Assembly (NCBI GenBank): GCA_963702845.1
Contig: OY969763.1
Location: 5,696,001 to 5,760,000, forward strand
Direction of reading: 5' to 3'
From: an uncultured Verrucomicrobiae bacterium
GTDB taxonomy: Bacteria; Verrucomicrobiota; Verrucomicrobiia; Limisphaerales; Palsa-1400
Length of the DNA stretch: 64,000 nt
The stretch's first letter is position 1. Each line of letters starts with the position of its first letter. Positions 50,901 through 61,077 of this stretch are shown piece after piece. The position numbers and the translations under genes are program-made. The notes beneath the pieces are model-generated. The model searched no databases and was not told where the DNA came from. It saw only the letters and a list, made by a program, of their open reading frames with translations.

Positions 50901-51383
50901 CTCGCGGTCAGCGGAGAAAAACGTGCGCGCTTCCTTCGGATGCTGGTAAACGTTCATCGAAACGTTGAACGCCTTCTCGACGTCGTCGACCGACCCATCA
51001 ACGCTCAGCAATAAACGGTTTTTGTATGTCTTCGCTACGGTCAGCCCCTTCGACTTCGCCCAATCCTGCAGCGCGGCGTAATCCTGTTCGGTCGCACCGA
51101 AGCGCGTGCCGAATTCTTCCGGCGTGATGAACTGGCGAAAGTTCGGGCTAGTCGGGTCGGAGAGCGAGTCAACGAAATCCTTGATTGCCTGGCGGTCCTT
51201 GGGCGGCAGCGCAATCGCGAGCCGAACGCGTTCTTTCGCGGCCATGTGTTCTACAGCTTTTGCGTGTGCGACCGCTGCCGGAATGTGCGTGTTTGGTTTC
51301 GCCTGTGCGATTGACGAGCAAAGCAGCGACAACGCCGCGCAGCCGGCAATGACACGTGAGGATAAGTTGGTATGGAACTTCAT
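47913..51383 (-). CDS. S53 sedolisin-type protease with propeptide, 2x DUF11-like, FN3-like and golvesin-like domains and C-terminal domain
   Basis: EVCLDIE, ASGD, GGTSCAAP, YDLCTGWGSP; ADL..TN.GP repeats; DADGDGYSNFTEY; FFRLR. Confidence 0.9.
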   Translation of the reverse strand: MKFHTNLSSRVIAGCAALSLLCSSIAQAKPNTHIPAAVAHAKAVEHMAAKERVRLAIALPPKDRQAIKDFVDSLSDPTSPNFRQFITPEEFGTRFGATEQDYAALQDWAKSKGLTVAKTYKNRLLLSVDGSVDDVEKAFNVSMNVYQHPKEARTFFSADREPAIDAPVTISSIEGLSSYWKPHAKSRKASNAAPKGGTGPSSAYMGSDFRKAYVPNTTLNGHGETIGLLQFDGFYAADIAAYRAKAGLANVPLTVVPIDGGVDVPDFGNAEVCLDIEMCMSMAPGLSRIYVYEAPNPSPWMDLIGRMADDNLVAPISCSWGGGDPDDSIEVTFQQMAAQGQSFFNASGDFDAFDADVNPVEFPSESPSITQVGGTTLSTSGSQGWVSEVVWNWGGGFSFDQTPNGYLGSSGGIGDYYDIPKYQQGISMTKNKGSTDFRNIPDVSLTADNVYVTYYDPNGNTHTSGAFGGTSCAAPLWAGFMALVNQTNIAKSQPPAGFINPFVYSLGKAKTTGAFHDVTSGNNTNDFSDGLWPAVAGYDLCTGWGSPGSNLLNLFYQASFTVADLTMTGTNGPVPASINTPYVFDYVITNKGPLGTTNVVFTADFSSPVGVSSVNVSQGGFSSNSTNVTCLLGTIASNGTARVTVTIAPATIGFLTNRATISSEVPDPRQTNNVVTSVVPVNPAELGIGNFAPATVFVGYPMTYTISVTNFGPLPATGVTVADTLPDSVGFVTATTSQGDFIADTDAGTVTFNVGYLDVNYVATMTITVTTPTDPQTIINTATVTANEPDAFLTNNTAIATTQVIPLPPPIYNVNAIGYPTAAIINWNSLSNGTTQVAYGVTPSYGSVSSFDGTLRTNHSVMLTGLVPDTLYYFQVTSVIDGAVMTATGTFTTTATLILQEPDSLLFGAWTFSSATGDKYGNSFQYANTTTDPFSPDATAIFNAALPAAGRYDVATWSPSGSNHSTNCQVFVLSSAFTIFTSVDQTVGGHWVSLGSNLNFPDATATIQLQNNTGEQNKVIVVNAVKFSYGLGQDKPANGSVPAWWSQYYLGTNSVSGSADADGDGYSNFTEYVLGTMPNDPTSHLSFSSQSTTNGVKIVFGPYQGGRVYQLQYRATFNAPWTDLANTATVDANGNGQFTINSSLNGFFRLRASLAP

Positions 51384-51587
51384 AGACTAAAGAACGGGTC
51401 GGAGATGGGCAACTGGGACGCGACTGGCAGCAGGTTGACCGTTGGTTTGAATTAGCAGTCTCCGGTTTATTGTTTGGACCCTTCCCGGCCAGCATTCAGC
51501 GCGCGGCTTTGAGAAAGAGACGTTGCGTAAGCTGATAACGGAAACCAGCCCGTAAGGTCAAGAAATTACGGGCTCCTAAAGCGAGTG

Positions 51588-51707
51588 TTTAGCCACAGAC
51601 TGAACACGGATGTAACACAGATTCAATCAACTACAGGTTTCAATTTGTAAACCAATCAGTCCTCATCCCCAATCCGTGTTTGATCGGTGTTCAATCCGTG
51701 GCTAAAA
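51588..51707. repeat. Inverted pair of 11-mer repeat elements
   Basis: TTTAGCCACAGACTGAACACGGATGTAACACAGATT ... AATCCGTGTTTGATCGGTGTTCAATCCGTGGCTAAA. Confidence 0.85.
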
Positions 51708-51737
51708 ACCGCCTCGAACTACCGCGTCAGGGGCTAG

Positions 51738-52878
51738 TCACTTATCACTGACAAAGACCACGCTATCTCGCGCCCCCGCCGGAATATGCAAATTCACCCG
51801 CCGCGTATATTGCGGTAACAGACGCCCGCTCGCATCTTCGAATTCAACCTTCACCTCATGATCGCCAGGCGGAAGTTTGAACGACGTGAAACTCAAAAAC
51901 TGCGGCAGATTATCCCAACACCGCGTGTCGGCCTCCGGCGTTGTGAAAGCCGAAATTCCTTTGCTCAACGCCCCGGCCAACGCGAGTCCAATGCCGGCAT
52001 TGCGCGCATCCCCACTGCCTTCCGTGGCAAGGACGAGCCCACTAATGAGGCCGACATTCCCCGCAACATCCGTGCCCGTCTTGAACACAGCCTTGTTTGC
52101 CAAGACATGGTCCATCACCCGACCGCCACGCGTCCGCGCCTGGAAAGCCAAATCATCATAAGCCGGTGCTGGGAATTCATCGCGATCCACTTTCACCACC
52201 GCGCTGCGCACAACGGAATGTCCGTCGCGGAAGCGCAGCTCCTCCTGATATTCACCCGACGCATACTTCTCCGGTCCATTCCCAAACTCCACAAACACCA
52301 GCACATTCGCTTGCGCATCATAGGGCGGCAGCTTCAGCCCGCGTGCCAGGCCACACGCCCGCTTGTATGCATCGGCCCCATCCTGGTTCAATTTCACTGA
52401 GGCGAATCCATCGAGGTAATCCAGCAAAACATAATCGCTCGCAAACGTGTGCTCCTCCGCATCGCTGTCCTCCAGTTGCGCACTGCGGAAACACGCCCGC
52501 GCATTATCCGGTTCGCCATCCATCCAATAAAGAATGCCGCGATAGAAATACGCCATCACGCGTTCGTAGGGTTCGCCTAGAAAAGTTTTTTTCGATTCCC
52601 GGTGAAAATATCCGCGCGCCTGCTTTTGCGGTTTTATCATTCGCACGAATCCCGCTGATCGTCGTGATCGCCTCATCCAACAAATGCTTCGCCTCTGCAA
52701 ACTCGCCCTTCCTCAAATGCGTCACCCCATCCCGATACTCCCAAAGCACCAAATCTTTCGCCGGCACTGAAGTTGCGAACCCACCCGCCGTCGCATGCGG
52801 CGCCGTTGGCTCAGTCGTGGCGCAGCCCACGAGCAATGCGGAGGCGCAAACAACAACTGAGGAAAGGGGGAATCTCAT
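51738..52878 (-). CDS. Lipoprotein (COG3014-like, helical repeats) with one frameshift near 52625
   Basis: Lipobox LLVGC; FLGEPYERVM; EADTRCWDNLP; frames join by removing one A from an A-run (KTAK-QARGYF). Confidence 0.75.
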
Positions 52879-52933
52879 TGGCTCGAATTCGTTCTTTCAC
52901 GAATCCGTGTTTCGTTATCTGTGCCCAAAAAGA

Positions 52934-53566
52934 TCACCGATACGCCGCATCCGTCTGCCCCTGCTTCTTGATCCGATGCGAGCCATTCCAAATAACTTCA
53001 CTCGTATTCGGATCAATCAGCTCAAACGAATACAACACATAATCACTCGTGCCGGCGCTGGTTTTCGTCGTTTGTCCGACGAGCTTGCCCGTCAGCATAT
53101 AATCCGCGCCCTTGAACTGCTGAATATTCGGATCAGTCGCGCTCGTCACTTGACCGGTGCGTTTCAAATCACGTTCCTTTTCCAGTTCGCTAATGCGATC
53201 ACGCGCCAAAAACCGGACCTTACCCGACGCGCGTTCATTCAATAGCGCCATGATTTCATCCATGAAAATATCTTTGTTAAACGGAAACCGTGTATCGTTC
53301 TTGACTGGCAACAACACAATGCGCGGCGCCTTTTGCGCATTGGCAATCTCCGGCACACCCATGATCCCGTGCGCCATTTTTTCCGTGACGGCTATGATAT
53401 CCTGCGACTCAATCCCGGTCCCTACGACGAACCCTTTATCATCCGGTCGCATTTCGACCACGCCGACGCCACATGGTTTATCGATGCCGTTCGAGGCACA
53501 CCCAGCGATCACCGCCGCAGTCAAACCAATGGAAAGTGACGAAATAAATTTAGAACGGGCACACAT
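52934..53566 (-). CDS. LpoB-like (CsgG/HfaB-fold) lipoprotein
   Basis: Lipobox IAGC, VKNDT, GADYMLTGKL, LIDPNTSEVIW. Confidence 0.75.
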   Translation of the reverse strand: MCARSKFISSLSIGLTAAVIAGCASNGIDKPCGVGVVEMRPDDKGFVVGTGIESQDIIAVTEKMAHGIMGVPEIANAQKAPRIVLLPVKNDTRFPFNKDIFMDEIMALLNERASGKVRFLARDRISELEKERDLKRTGQVTSATDPNIQQFKGADYMLTGKLVGQTTKTSAGTSDYVLYSFELIDPNTSEVIWNGSHRIKKQGQTDAAYR

Positions 53567-53745
53567 AATATGACTAGATAGACGGGACCTCGCCGCGCCT
53601 GTTCAAATTATTGCGACCACACCGGACCGAAGTCAATTTTACACCGAACCCCGTTGGCATGCGATCCGCGTAGCTGTTCCTGACCGTAGCCCGAAAACAG
53701 TTGGTGCAAAGAATTGAGCCCGTGGTAAAACCAATAACACACTTT

Positions 53746-55044
53746 ATGAGACACAGAATTCTATCTGCCTTGTTTGCTGTCGCATTTGTAGCGACCACCT
53801 TTGCGGCGACTGAAAATAAACCGGACGATCCATATTTTCAAAAGTTCAACCCAACCAAAGCGCCGAAGACGTCTCACTTGTTGCTCAAGCGCGACGATCG
53901 CCTCGCCATTTGCGGCGACTCCATCACCGAACAGAAAATGTATTCGCGTATCATGGAGACCTATCTCACCGTCGCGTTGCCGGAGCTAAACATCGCTACG
54001 CGCCAATACGGTTGGAGCGGCGAACAAGCCTCTGGATTTTTGAAGCGATTGACCAATGACGTGCTGCGCTTTCAGCCCAACGTCGTCACGACGTGCTACG
54101 GCATGAACGATCACCGCTATCAACCTTACAACGACGAAATCGGCGGCACCTACAAGACCAACCAGGAAGGCATTGTGCGCGGCAGCAAAGCGGCGCATGT
54201 GCGCACCATCATCGTCGGTTCATCCGGTTGCATGGGGCAAAAGACCCCATGGGGTTTCGTCAAAGGCAGCTCTGAAGAACGCAATCTGAGCCTGTGCACA
54301 TTGCGAAACATCGACGTCAACATCGCCAAAAGCGAACACGTTGGTTTCGCCGATGTCTTTTGGCCGATGTTCACCGGTGATTACTTCGCGCGCGAAAAGT
54401 TCGGTGAAACTTATGCCCTCGCCGGCGGTGATTCAGTCCATCCCGATTGGGCCGGCCACACCGTCATGGCCTATGCATTCCTGAAAGCCCTCGGCGTCCA
54501 AGGCGACATCGGCACCATCACCGTTGACCTCCGCAGTGGCAAAGCGAAGTCCACCCAAGGACATGAAGTTGTTTCGACCGGCGATGGCACAGTGACCATC
54601 AAGAGCTCGCGTTATCCCTTCTGCGCCGCTGGTGCGACAAACGTGCACACCACCATTCGCTCCGGTATGGTAATCGTGCCGTTCAATCAAGACCTGAACC
54701 GTTTCATTCTGATTGGTAAAAATGCGAAGGCACAAACATACAAAGTCACCTGGGGTGAAGAATCTAAAACCTACACCGCTGACCAATTGAAAAAAGGCGT
54801 GAACCTCGCCGACGACTTCCAGGTAAATCCCTTCTCTGCGCCATTCAAAGCGGTGGATGAAGCCGTCGCCAAAAAACAGAACTTCGAAACCAAACAAATC
54901 AAAGAACAATTCCACGGCGCCGCCGGCCAGAAGGACATCGAAGAAACCGTCGCCAAAACCGAAGCCGAACGCGCTCCGCTTGTGGCCGCCATCCACGCTG
55001 CCTTCAAGCCCGTGACCCACACGATCACGATCACTGCCGAGTAA
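53746..55044 (+). CDS. SGNH/GDSL hydrolase
   Basis: GDSITE, GWSGE, YGMND, DSVHP. Confidence 0.9.
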   Translation: MRHRILSALFAVAFVATTFAATENKPDDPYFQKFNPTKAPKTSHLLLKRDDRLAICGDSITEQKMYSRIMETYLTVALPELNIATRQYGWSGEQASGFLKRLTNDVLRFQPNVVTTCYGMNDHRYQPYNDEIGGTYKTNQEGIVRGSKAAHVRTIIVGSSGCMGQKTPWGFVKGSSEERNLSLCTLRNIDVNIAKSEHVGFADVFWPMFTGDYFAREKFGETYALAGGDSVHPDWAGHTVMAYAFLKALGVQGDIGTITVDLRSGKAKSTQGHEVVSTGDGTVTIKSSRYPFCAAGATNVHTTIRSGMVIVPFNQDLNRFILIGKNAKAQTYKVTWGEESKTYTADQLKKGVNLADDFQVNPFSAPFKAVDEAVAKKQNFETKQIKEQFHGAAGQKDIEETVAKTEAERAPLVAAIHAAFKPVTHTITITAE

Positions 55045-55270
55045 ATACTCCCAATGGCGCGGCGAGCCGAAAAACTCTCACTCAACCCTGAACGGGTTGA
55101 AGCGACCCGTATTGTTGCCGCCCTGACCGTGCGTTGACCTCGATTCGTGGCGACGTCGATCGATCGTCGACGCAGTTATCGATCGGTTCCACACGAGGAA
55201 CGGGAACCCCTCGGTCTTGTATTTGACTCGCAAGCCCATCTACGCAATAGTTGCCGTTGTCGGACTCGTT

Positions 55271-55603
55271 ATGACTGCTATTGCCATTGTTACACTCTTA
55301 ACCGGCGTCCTGGTTTTCGTTCTCTGTTTACCATTGATCAGTCGCAAGATCCCTATGAACGGAGCCTACGGCATCCGTGTCCCTGCAGCCTTCGAATCAG
55401 AACAACGCTGGTATGACATTAACGCCTTCTGCGGCCGTCGCTTAGCTGCATGGTCCTTCCTCATCATGGCTACGGGAATAGCCGGCTTCTTCATTTCGCC
55501 AGAACATAAAGATAATTACCTTCTCGTGAGCGTCGCAGTAACCCTCATGGCCGTGGCAATCCCCGTCTTTCAGGTTCAAGCATGGAGTCGTAAAAAGGCG
55601 TAG
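55271..55603 (+). CDS. SdpI/YhfL family membrane protein
   Basis: KIPMNGAYGIR..ESEQRWYDINAFCGR between transmembrane helices. Confidence 0.75.
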   Translation: MTAIAIVTLLTGVLVFVLCLPLISRKIPMNGAYGIRVPAAFESEQRWYDINAFCGRRLAAWSFLIMATGIAGFFISPEHKDNYLLVSVAVTLMAVAIPVFQVQAWSRKKA

Positions 55604-55671
55604 GCACCCTTCACCTCTTCACCAGCTTCGCCAACCTCGCCATTTCATTTACCCGCGCCCACTTCGCCTGC

Positions 55672-57330
55672 TCACTCATCCACCTCTGCGCTCAACTCCT
55701 TTGCCTCCTCCTCCATTTCGACCTGCTCTGGACTCTTTCCTTCGAACCTCGCCCTCGTATCATCCACCTCCGACCGCGGGATATACCGTTGGAACACCGG
55801 CGTAAAATCATCCATCGAATACCCTTTCGCCACCGCTTCACCGATCCGCATCGTCCTTGGCCGCACGCCATAAGGCCGCAACACCCTCGCCAACCACACA
55901 TCCGTCACCCCTTGCGGCGCCTCCTTTGTTTTGCGCTGCGTCATCTCATTCCACGGCCGTCCCGACATCCAATTCAACCTTTGCACCAACGTCCGGCTGA
56001 ACACCCGCTCCGACTTCTCCGCCGCAAAACAACACAAGAGATCCATCAACAACGACGCAATCGGATTATTCTCCTGCGAAATCCCCGTCAACCCCACCGC
56101 CGCCTCCCTCGCCTTCACTGCCCAACGCCGGTCCGTCCCATCCGCCTCTTCGTTCCGAGCATTCACGTTTGCTGTCGTTTCCAAAATTCCGTCATTCGAA
56201 TTTTGAATTTGTTTCGTGTGGCCACCGGAGCTTCCGGTTCGGATTTCGAATTTCGAATTTAAACCTTCTCCGTTTCCTCCGTTCCCTCCTGTAAAACTCT
56301 CCATCTTCACCCCCGCCAAATCCGCCAGCACAAGCAGCGGCTCCCAAATATCCGCCGCCCGATCATTCAACCCCTCCGGAATCTGCGGTCTTGCCATCGC
56401 AATCACATCCCGATGATCCAACACAAACCGCGCACACTTCCGCCGCAACGCCTCAGCATCCAACAACCGCAACCGCTCACACGATTCCCCATTCGACTTG
56501 CGCTGCATCCGAATCACAATGCACCGATCCGCCAGCGTATCGGGCAACCGACCAATCGCCGCCATCACCTTCGGACACCAACAAGAATAACTCGCCAACC
56601 TCGACCCAGGTAGGGCGCGTCGCTCCGCGCGCGCCAACGTCTGACTGTTTCCCGTTCCTTCGTTCGCTTCGTTCCCCTCTGTCAATAATCCGTGTTCATT
56701 TGTGCGCGAGCCGGACGTTCCGGTCAGTGGTTGAAACCCTTCTTCCTCTCCGTGCTCTCTGTGGTTAAAAACTTCATTCGCAACACGAACCACAAACGCC
56801 GTCGACCGCGCATACCCCGAATTCAAAATCCCTCGAAGCTCATCATTCCCCTGCAAAAACGTATCCGCCTCATCAATCAAAAGCGTCGGCCTCAACTCCT
56901 CGATCACGCGAAAAAAAGCCGGCGACGAAATATTCGCCGCCACCACCGGCCTGCACACCAATTCCGAGAGCACCGCGAGCAAAGTAGTCTTCCCGCACCG
57001 TTTCTCTGGCGACTCGATCCCGATGTAAGTTGAAATATCCCTCAACTCGAACGCATAAGTATGCAAAACCCAAAGCGCGAGCGTCTCCGCCGCCCACCTT
57101 GGCAACACCACAAACCGCGTCAACACCGAAGCCAACTCATCCAACAACGCCTTCCCATCCACCGCCTCCTGCCAAGGCTCCACCTCCCGAATCCCGAGAG
57201 CATTGACCCGTGTTCGCATCCCGTTTGAAATCTGACCTCGTATCGTGAAGCGATCGTTGTTCGTCGGGCAACTAGCTGGAGGCGGGCTTGGGAAGCCAAA
57301 TTTGAAATTTGAAATATTTTGTTCATTCAT
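55672..57330 (-). CDS. DUF3631-containing P-loop protein with in-frame repeat insertions
   Basis: EPW..VDG..LL, SPEKRCGKTT, TLLIDEAD, LRGILNSG, LNDRAADIWEPL, RPYGVRP..AKGY..F.RY; GGGGG before the ATG at 57330. Confidence 0.88.
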   Translation of the reverse strand: MNEQNISNFKFGFPSPPPASCPTNNDRFTIRGQISNGMRTRVNALGIREVEPWQEAVDGKALLDELASVLTRFVVLPRWAAETLALWVLHTYAFELRDISTYIGIESPEKRCGKTTLLAVLSELVCRPVVAANISSPAFFRVIEELRPTLLIDEADTFLQGNDELRGILNSGYARSTAFVVRVANEVFNHREHGEEEGFQPLTGTSGSRTNEHGLLTEGNEANEGTGNSQTLARAERRALPGSRLASYSCWCPKVMAAIGRLPDTLADRCIVIRMQRKSNGESCERLRLLDAEALRRKCARFVLDHRDVIAMARPQIPEGLNDRAADIWEPLLVLADLAGVKMESFTGGNGGNGEGLNSKFEIRTGSSGGHTKQIQNSNDGILETTANVNARNEEADGTDRRWAVKAREAAVGLTGISQENNPIASLLMDLLCCFAAEKSERVFSRTLVQRLNWMSGRPWNEMTQRKTKEAPQGVTDVWLARVLRPYGVRPRTMRIGEAVAKGYSMDDFTPVFQRYIPRSEVDDTRARFEGKSPEQVEMEEEAKELSAEVDE

Positions 57331-57615
57331 ATCCCCCAAATGTAGCAACCCCACTTGGACAAAGGCTGTCCAAGTGAAATTTTTCCGCCTTCGATGGTAG
57401 TCGCTCAGGCTCAGCATGTTTTCCGCTGTCGCATGCACTTACTCCGAATCTAAAAGCGGGTGTTTCGAACTTGATTACGACGGAGGTTACTTCAAACTCA
57501 GGCAACTATTACTGCGGGGCAATCAAGCGACCAACAAGTTTCAGCCCGACATCTAATTTAGGGTGCCGAAGAGTAGTTCATAATGCATATCAACCAATTG
57601 ACGGTCTCGCAGCCT

Positions 57616-59968
57616 ATGTTCCGTCGGCTGCTTCTGCTGGCGATTATCTGCGTTTCTCTCAGCGCCTACTCTTTCGAAGAGCTTTTTAGTTTCCCGCTCC
57701 CTCCTGGGGCTCCGCGAGCCCGACTGTTGCTTGGTAAGGACGGGCTGTTTTACGGAACAACTCAGCAAGGCGGCGCTGGAAATCTAGGTGCAATTTATTC
57801 GATCTCCACAAATGGGATGCTCACCACATTATTCTCGTTCAATGGATCGAATGGCAGCTCCCCATATGGTGGACTAATCCAAGCAAGCGATGGATTGTTG
57901 TACGGAATGACCTCCAGTGGCGGGGTGAGTAACAAGGGAACCGTATTCAAAGCGACTTCAAGCGGTTTGTTTTCATTACTATTGTCGTTTAACGGTACAA
58001 ACGGCGCATCGCCAATGGGTGAGTTAACCCAAGGCGCCGACGGCGCGTTATATGGTACGACTGTAGGTGGCGGCATCGGCGGTTACGGCACGATATTCAA
58101 GATTACGACCGCTGGAGCATTAACTACACTGGCGGCATTTGACGCCACTTCGGGCCACTCGCCTCAAGCCGGATTAGTCCTCGCGTCCGACGGCAACTTC
58201 TACGGCACCACTGAAAGCGGTGGAGCGATGAATTACGGTACCGTATTTCGTGTAACACCGGCAGGCACGCTGAGCACTTTGGTGTCATTCGGGGGGACAA
58301 ACGGAGGTTGGCCATACGGCGCATTAATCCAGGCGTCCGACGGAAACTTGTATGGCATGACGGAAACCGGAGGGTCCTACGACTATGGCAACATCTTCAA
58401 AGTGAGCCTGTCAGGAACGTTGACTGTCGTATGGTCTTTTGATCAAACGAACGGGAGCAACCCGTTTTCCACTCTCCTCCAAACGTCCGACGGCTCGATT
58501 TACGGAACCACTGAATCGGGAGGTGCCGGATTAGGAACAGTTTTCCGACTGGATTCGAACGGAACATTTACATCTCTGTATCATTTTCTCGGATTTGATG
58601 ATGGAATAAACCCCTTTTCAGGACTTGTCCAAGGCGGCGATGGGAATCTTTACGGTACAATGTACGCAGGTAGCAATGAAGGTGTCGGAGCGGTTTACCA
58701 AATCACCCCGGCAGGAAAGCTAAAATCACTTACAACATTCAAAGCCCTCGCCGGAGCCGGCTCGGCCCCCGCACTAGTACCAGGTGGCGGATGGGACTAT
58801 ATACGGCATGACAACAGGGGGAGGACGTTATAGCGACGGCACGATATATAAAGTCACTAACTCCGCAGTTGTGACAAACGTTGTATCGCTCGGTGGGGCA
58901 CGCAGTCCAAATCCTGATTTGATTCAAGCTAAAGACGGTAACTTTTACGGAACGACCGCCAGTGGGGGATCAGGTAATTACGGGACTGTTTTTAAAGTGA
59001 CGCCGACAGGCAACTTAACTACGGCGCTTGTCTTGGATTACTACCAGACCGGCGGAGCTCCCACTGCTGGATTAGTCGAAGCCAGCGATGGCGGCCTGTA
59101 CGGCGTGACATATGCCGGTGGGATCAACGGGGCGGGGACTATTTTCAAACTGACGAACGGAGCGTTGGAGTCCGTCGTTATGTTGCAAGCTTTCAACAAG
59201 CAGCCCGTAGCTGGTCTTATCCAAGCGACCGACGGCTACCTTTACTGCACTTCATCTTCTGGCGGAGCCAATGGCAATGGAACTGTCTTTCGGGCATCGA
59301 CCAATGGCACAGTGACAACCGTCGCCTCCTTCACTGGACCGAACGGCAAGACACCTTATGCCAAACTCCTTCAGGCTATCGACGGCAACTTTTATGGTAC
59401 AACCACTTCAGGAGGCATTTCAAATCGTGGGACTGTTTTTAAAGTAACGCCGACAGGAACGTTGACGACCCTGATTTCGTTTACGGGCCCGAATGGCCGG
59501 TATCCCGTCGGATCATTAATCCAAAGCCCTGAAGGAAACTTTTTTGGAACTACGGAATGGGGCGGTGTAAACGATTACGGCACGGTTTTTAAACTAACCG
59601 GAGCGGGAGTGCTAACCACGTTAGTTTCATTCGATGGAAAGAACGGCCAACATCCCGTCTCCGCATTGCTTCTCGCCAATGACGGCAATTTTTATGGGAC
59701 GACCCGAGATGGGGGCTCCGGTGGCGCCGGCAATGTTTTTAGGCTTAATTCACTTCAACTGAACCCGATCCTTGCACCAATCATTAGTGCCAACAATGTC
59801 GTTGTTGTCTGGGAGGAGAGTTACCCGACGTTTACTTTGCAATCAAAAGCTGATCTATCTGCGTCAGTTGCTTGGATGGACGTTAACAGTCCTGCAGTGG
59901 TCACTAACGGAACCTTCGTTTTCAGTGAAGTGCGCTCGGGCAAAAAGTTCTTCCGTTTGAGGAAGTAA
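57616..59968 (+). CDS. GloVer-type tandem-repeat secreted protein with one frameshift near 58780
   Basis: Many repeats of P..GLIQASDGNFYGTT..GG..GTVFK; frames join as LVQVADG if one C is removed; ends KKFFRLRK. Confidence 0.9.
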
Positions 59969-60027
59969 ACCGACCTGCACATTCGTCCGTTTGCCATTTA
60001 CCGTCCAATACTTCAGCTACCAAGGCA

Positions 60028-60116
60028 TTTGTTACCTTCGATACAAGGTCTATAACGCCCTTTGTGCCGCTGCTAAAACCGCAAAATCACCAAAGTTTAC
60101 AAGGGTTGTCACGCTT
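60028..60116 (+). repeat. Degenerate copy of the 62574-62690 element
   Basis: Shares GGTCT.TAACGCCCTTTGT and AAAATCACCAA.GTTTACAAGGGTTGT.ACG. Confidence 0.85.
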
Positions 60117-60125
60117 GTTTCCTTG

Positions 60126-60166
60126 TTGATATTGCTATCAATCTACGCTAATATGTCTTGCCATAT
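60126..60166 (+). promoter_or_regulatory. Probable toxin-antitoxin operator palindromes
   Basis: TTGATA-N4-TATCAA and ATATG-N6-CATAT just before the antitoxin ATG. Confidence 0.55.
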
Positions 60167-60167
60167 C

Positions 60168-60416
60168 ATGAAGACCACCATTGAAATAGCCGACGACCTA
60201 TTCAAAAAGGTCCAGCGCCTTGCGCAAAAGGAAAACACCTCCTTCCGCGCTTTGACCGAAGCCGGCTTGCGCATGGTTGTTGCGACCAAACACACCAAAA
60301 AGCTAGCCCAACTTCCGCCGTTGGTCACTTTCAATGGCGGCGGCACAACCGACGAATTCAAAGACTGGAATTGGGACAAAATTCGTGACGAAATTTACCA
60401 CAAACACGGCGCATGA
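60168..60416 (+). CDS. VapB-like ribbon-helix-helix antitoxin
   Basis: MKTTIEIADDLF..A..TSFRAL.E.GLR; ATGA overlap with the toxin. Confidence 0.88.
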   Translation: MKTTIEIADDLFKKVQRLAQKENTSFRALTEAGLRMVVATKHTKKLAQLPPLVTFNGGGTTDEFKDWNWDKIRDEIYHKHGA

Positions 60417-60850
60417 TCGCAGTTGATACGAACATCCTCGTTTACTCCCACCGCGAGGAAAGCACCTTTCACGCAAACGCGAAACAGCTTATCGAAAAAC
60501 TCCGGGAAAGTTCTGCGGAATGGGCGATCCCATGGCCATGCATCCATGAATTCATCGCCATCGTTACAAATCCGAAAATCTTCAAAGTTCCAACACCACT
60601 GGACGCCGCATTTGCCTGTATCGACGCATGGCTTGCCGGAGACAATCTCCAGATCATAGCCGAAAGCGACGGATACCTGACGAGGCTCCGCGACCTTTCC
60701 GCGAAAGCCAAACTGCAAGGGGCCCGCATTCACGACGCCCGCATCGCTTCCCTTTGCCTGCACCACGGGATCAACGAACTCTGGACCGCCGACCGCGATT
60801 TCTCGGCTTTCCCACAGCTCCCGACGCGCAATCCGCTGATAACCGGTTAA
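60413..60850 (+). CDS. vapC: VapC PIN-domain toxin
   Basis: MIAVDTNILVY, HEF, IHDARIA, WTADRDF. Confidence 0.93.
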   Translation: MIAVDTNILVYSHREESTFHANAKQLIEKLRESSAEWAIPWPCIHEFIAIVTNPKIFKVPTPLDAAFACIDAWLAGDNLQIIAESDGYLTRLRDLSAKAKLQGARIHDARIASLCLHHGINELWTADRDFSAFPQLPTRNPLITG

Positions 60851-61077
60851 TTCTTCGAGAATATCTTCCACTTCATGCTCCAGACGTGGTCCGCCACGCG
60901 CGCGGATTGTTGCATTTGTTGACAGAACTATACCGTCAGATATACATAAGTAAGTTGCGCGTCATGCTAATCATTAAGCGGGCGATTAACTGGAATCAGT
61001 CTATCCCTGATTTCCGCGAGACGAGCCCAGCGCGCATCTTTACTGCATCGCATAGCTGATCGGGAACTAACGAATTC

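Noticed and set aside
51384..51580. Riboswitch in the S53 protease leader (also checked upstream of hppA)
   Set aside because: No recognisable aptamer consensus by eye; an Rfam scan would be needed.
52600..58800. Programmed frameshifting or phase variation at about 52625 and 58780
   Set aside because: Each is a single extra base in a short run (AAAA, CC) with no slippery heptamer or long tract, consistent with sequencing indels.
55672..60850. Intact prophage or satellite around DUF3631 and vapBC
   Set aside because: No integrase, AlpA, capsid or terminase gene, and no duplicated tRNA end found.
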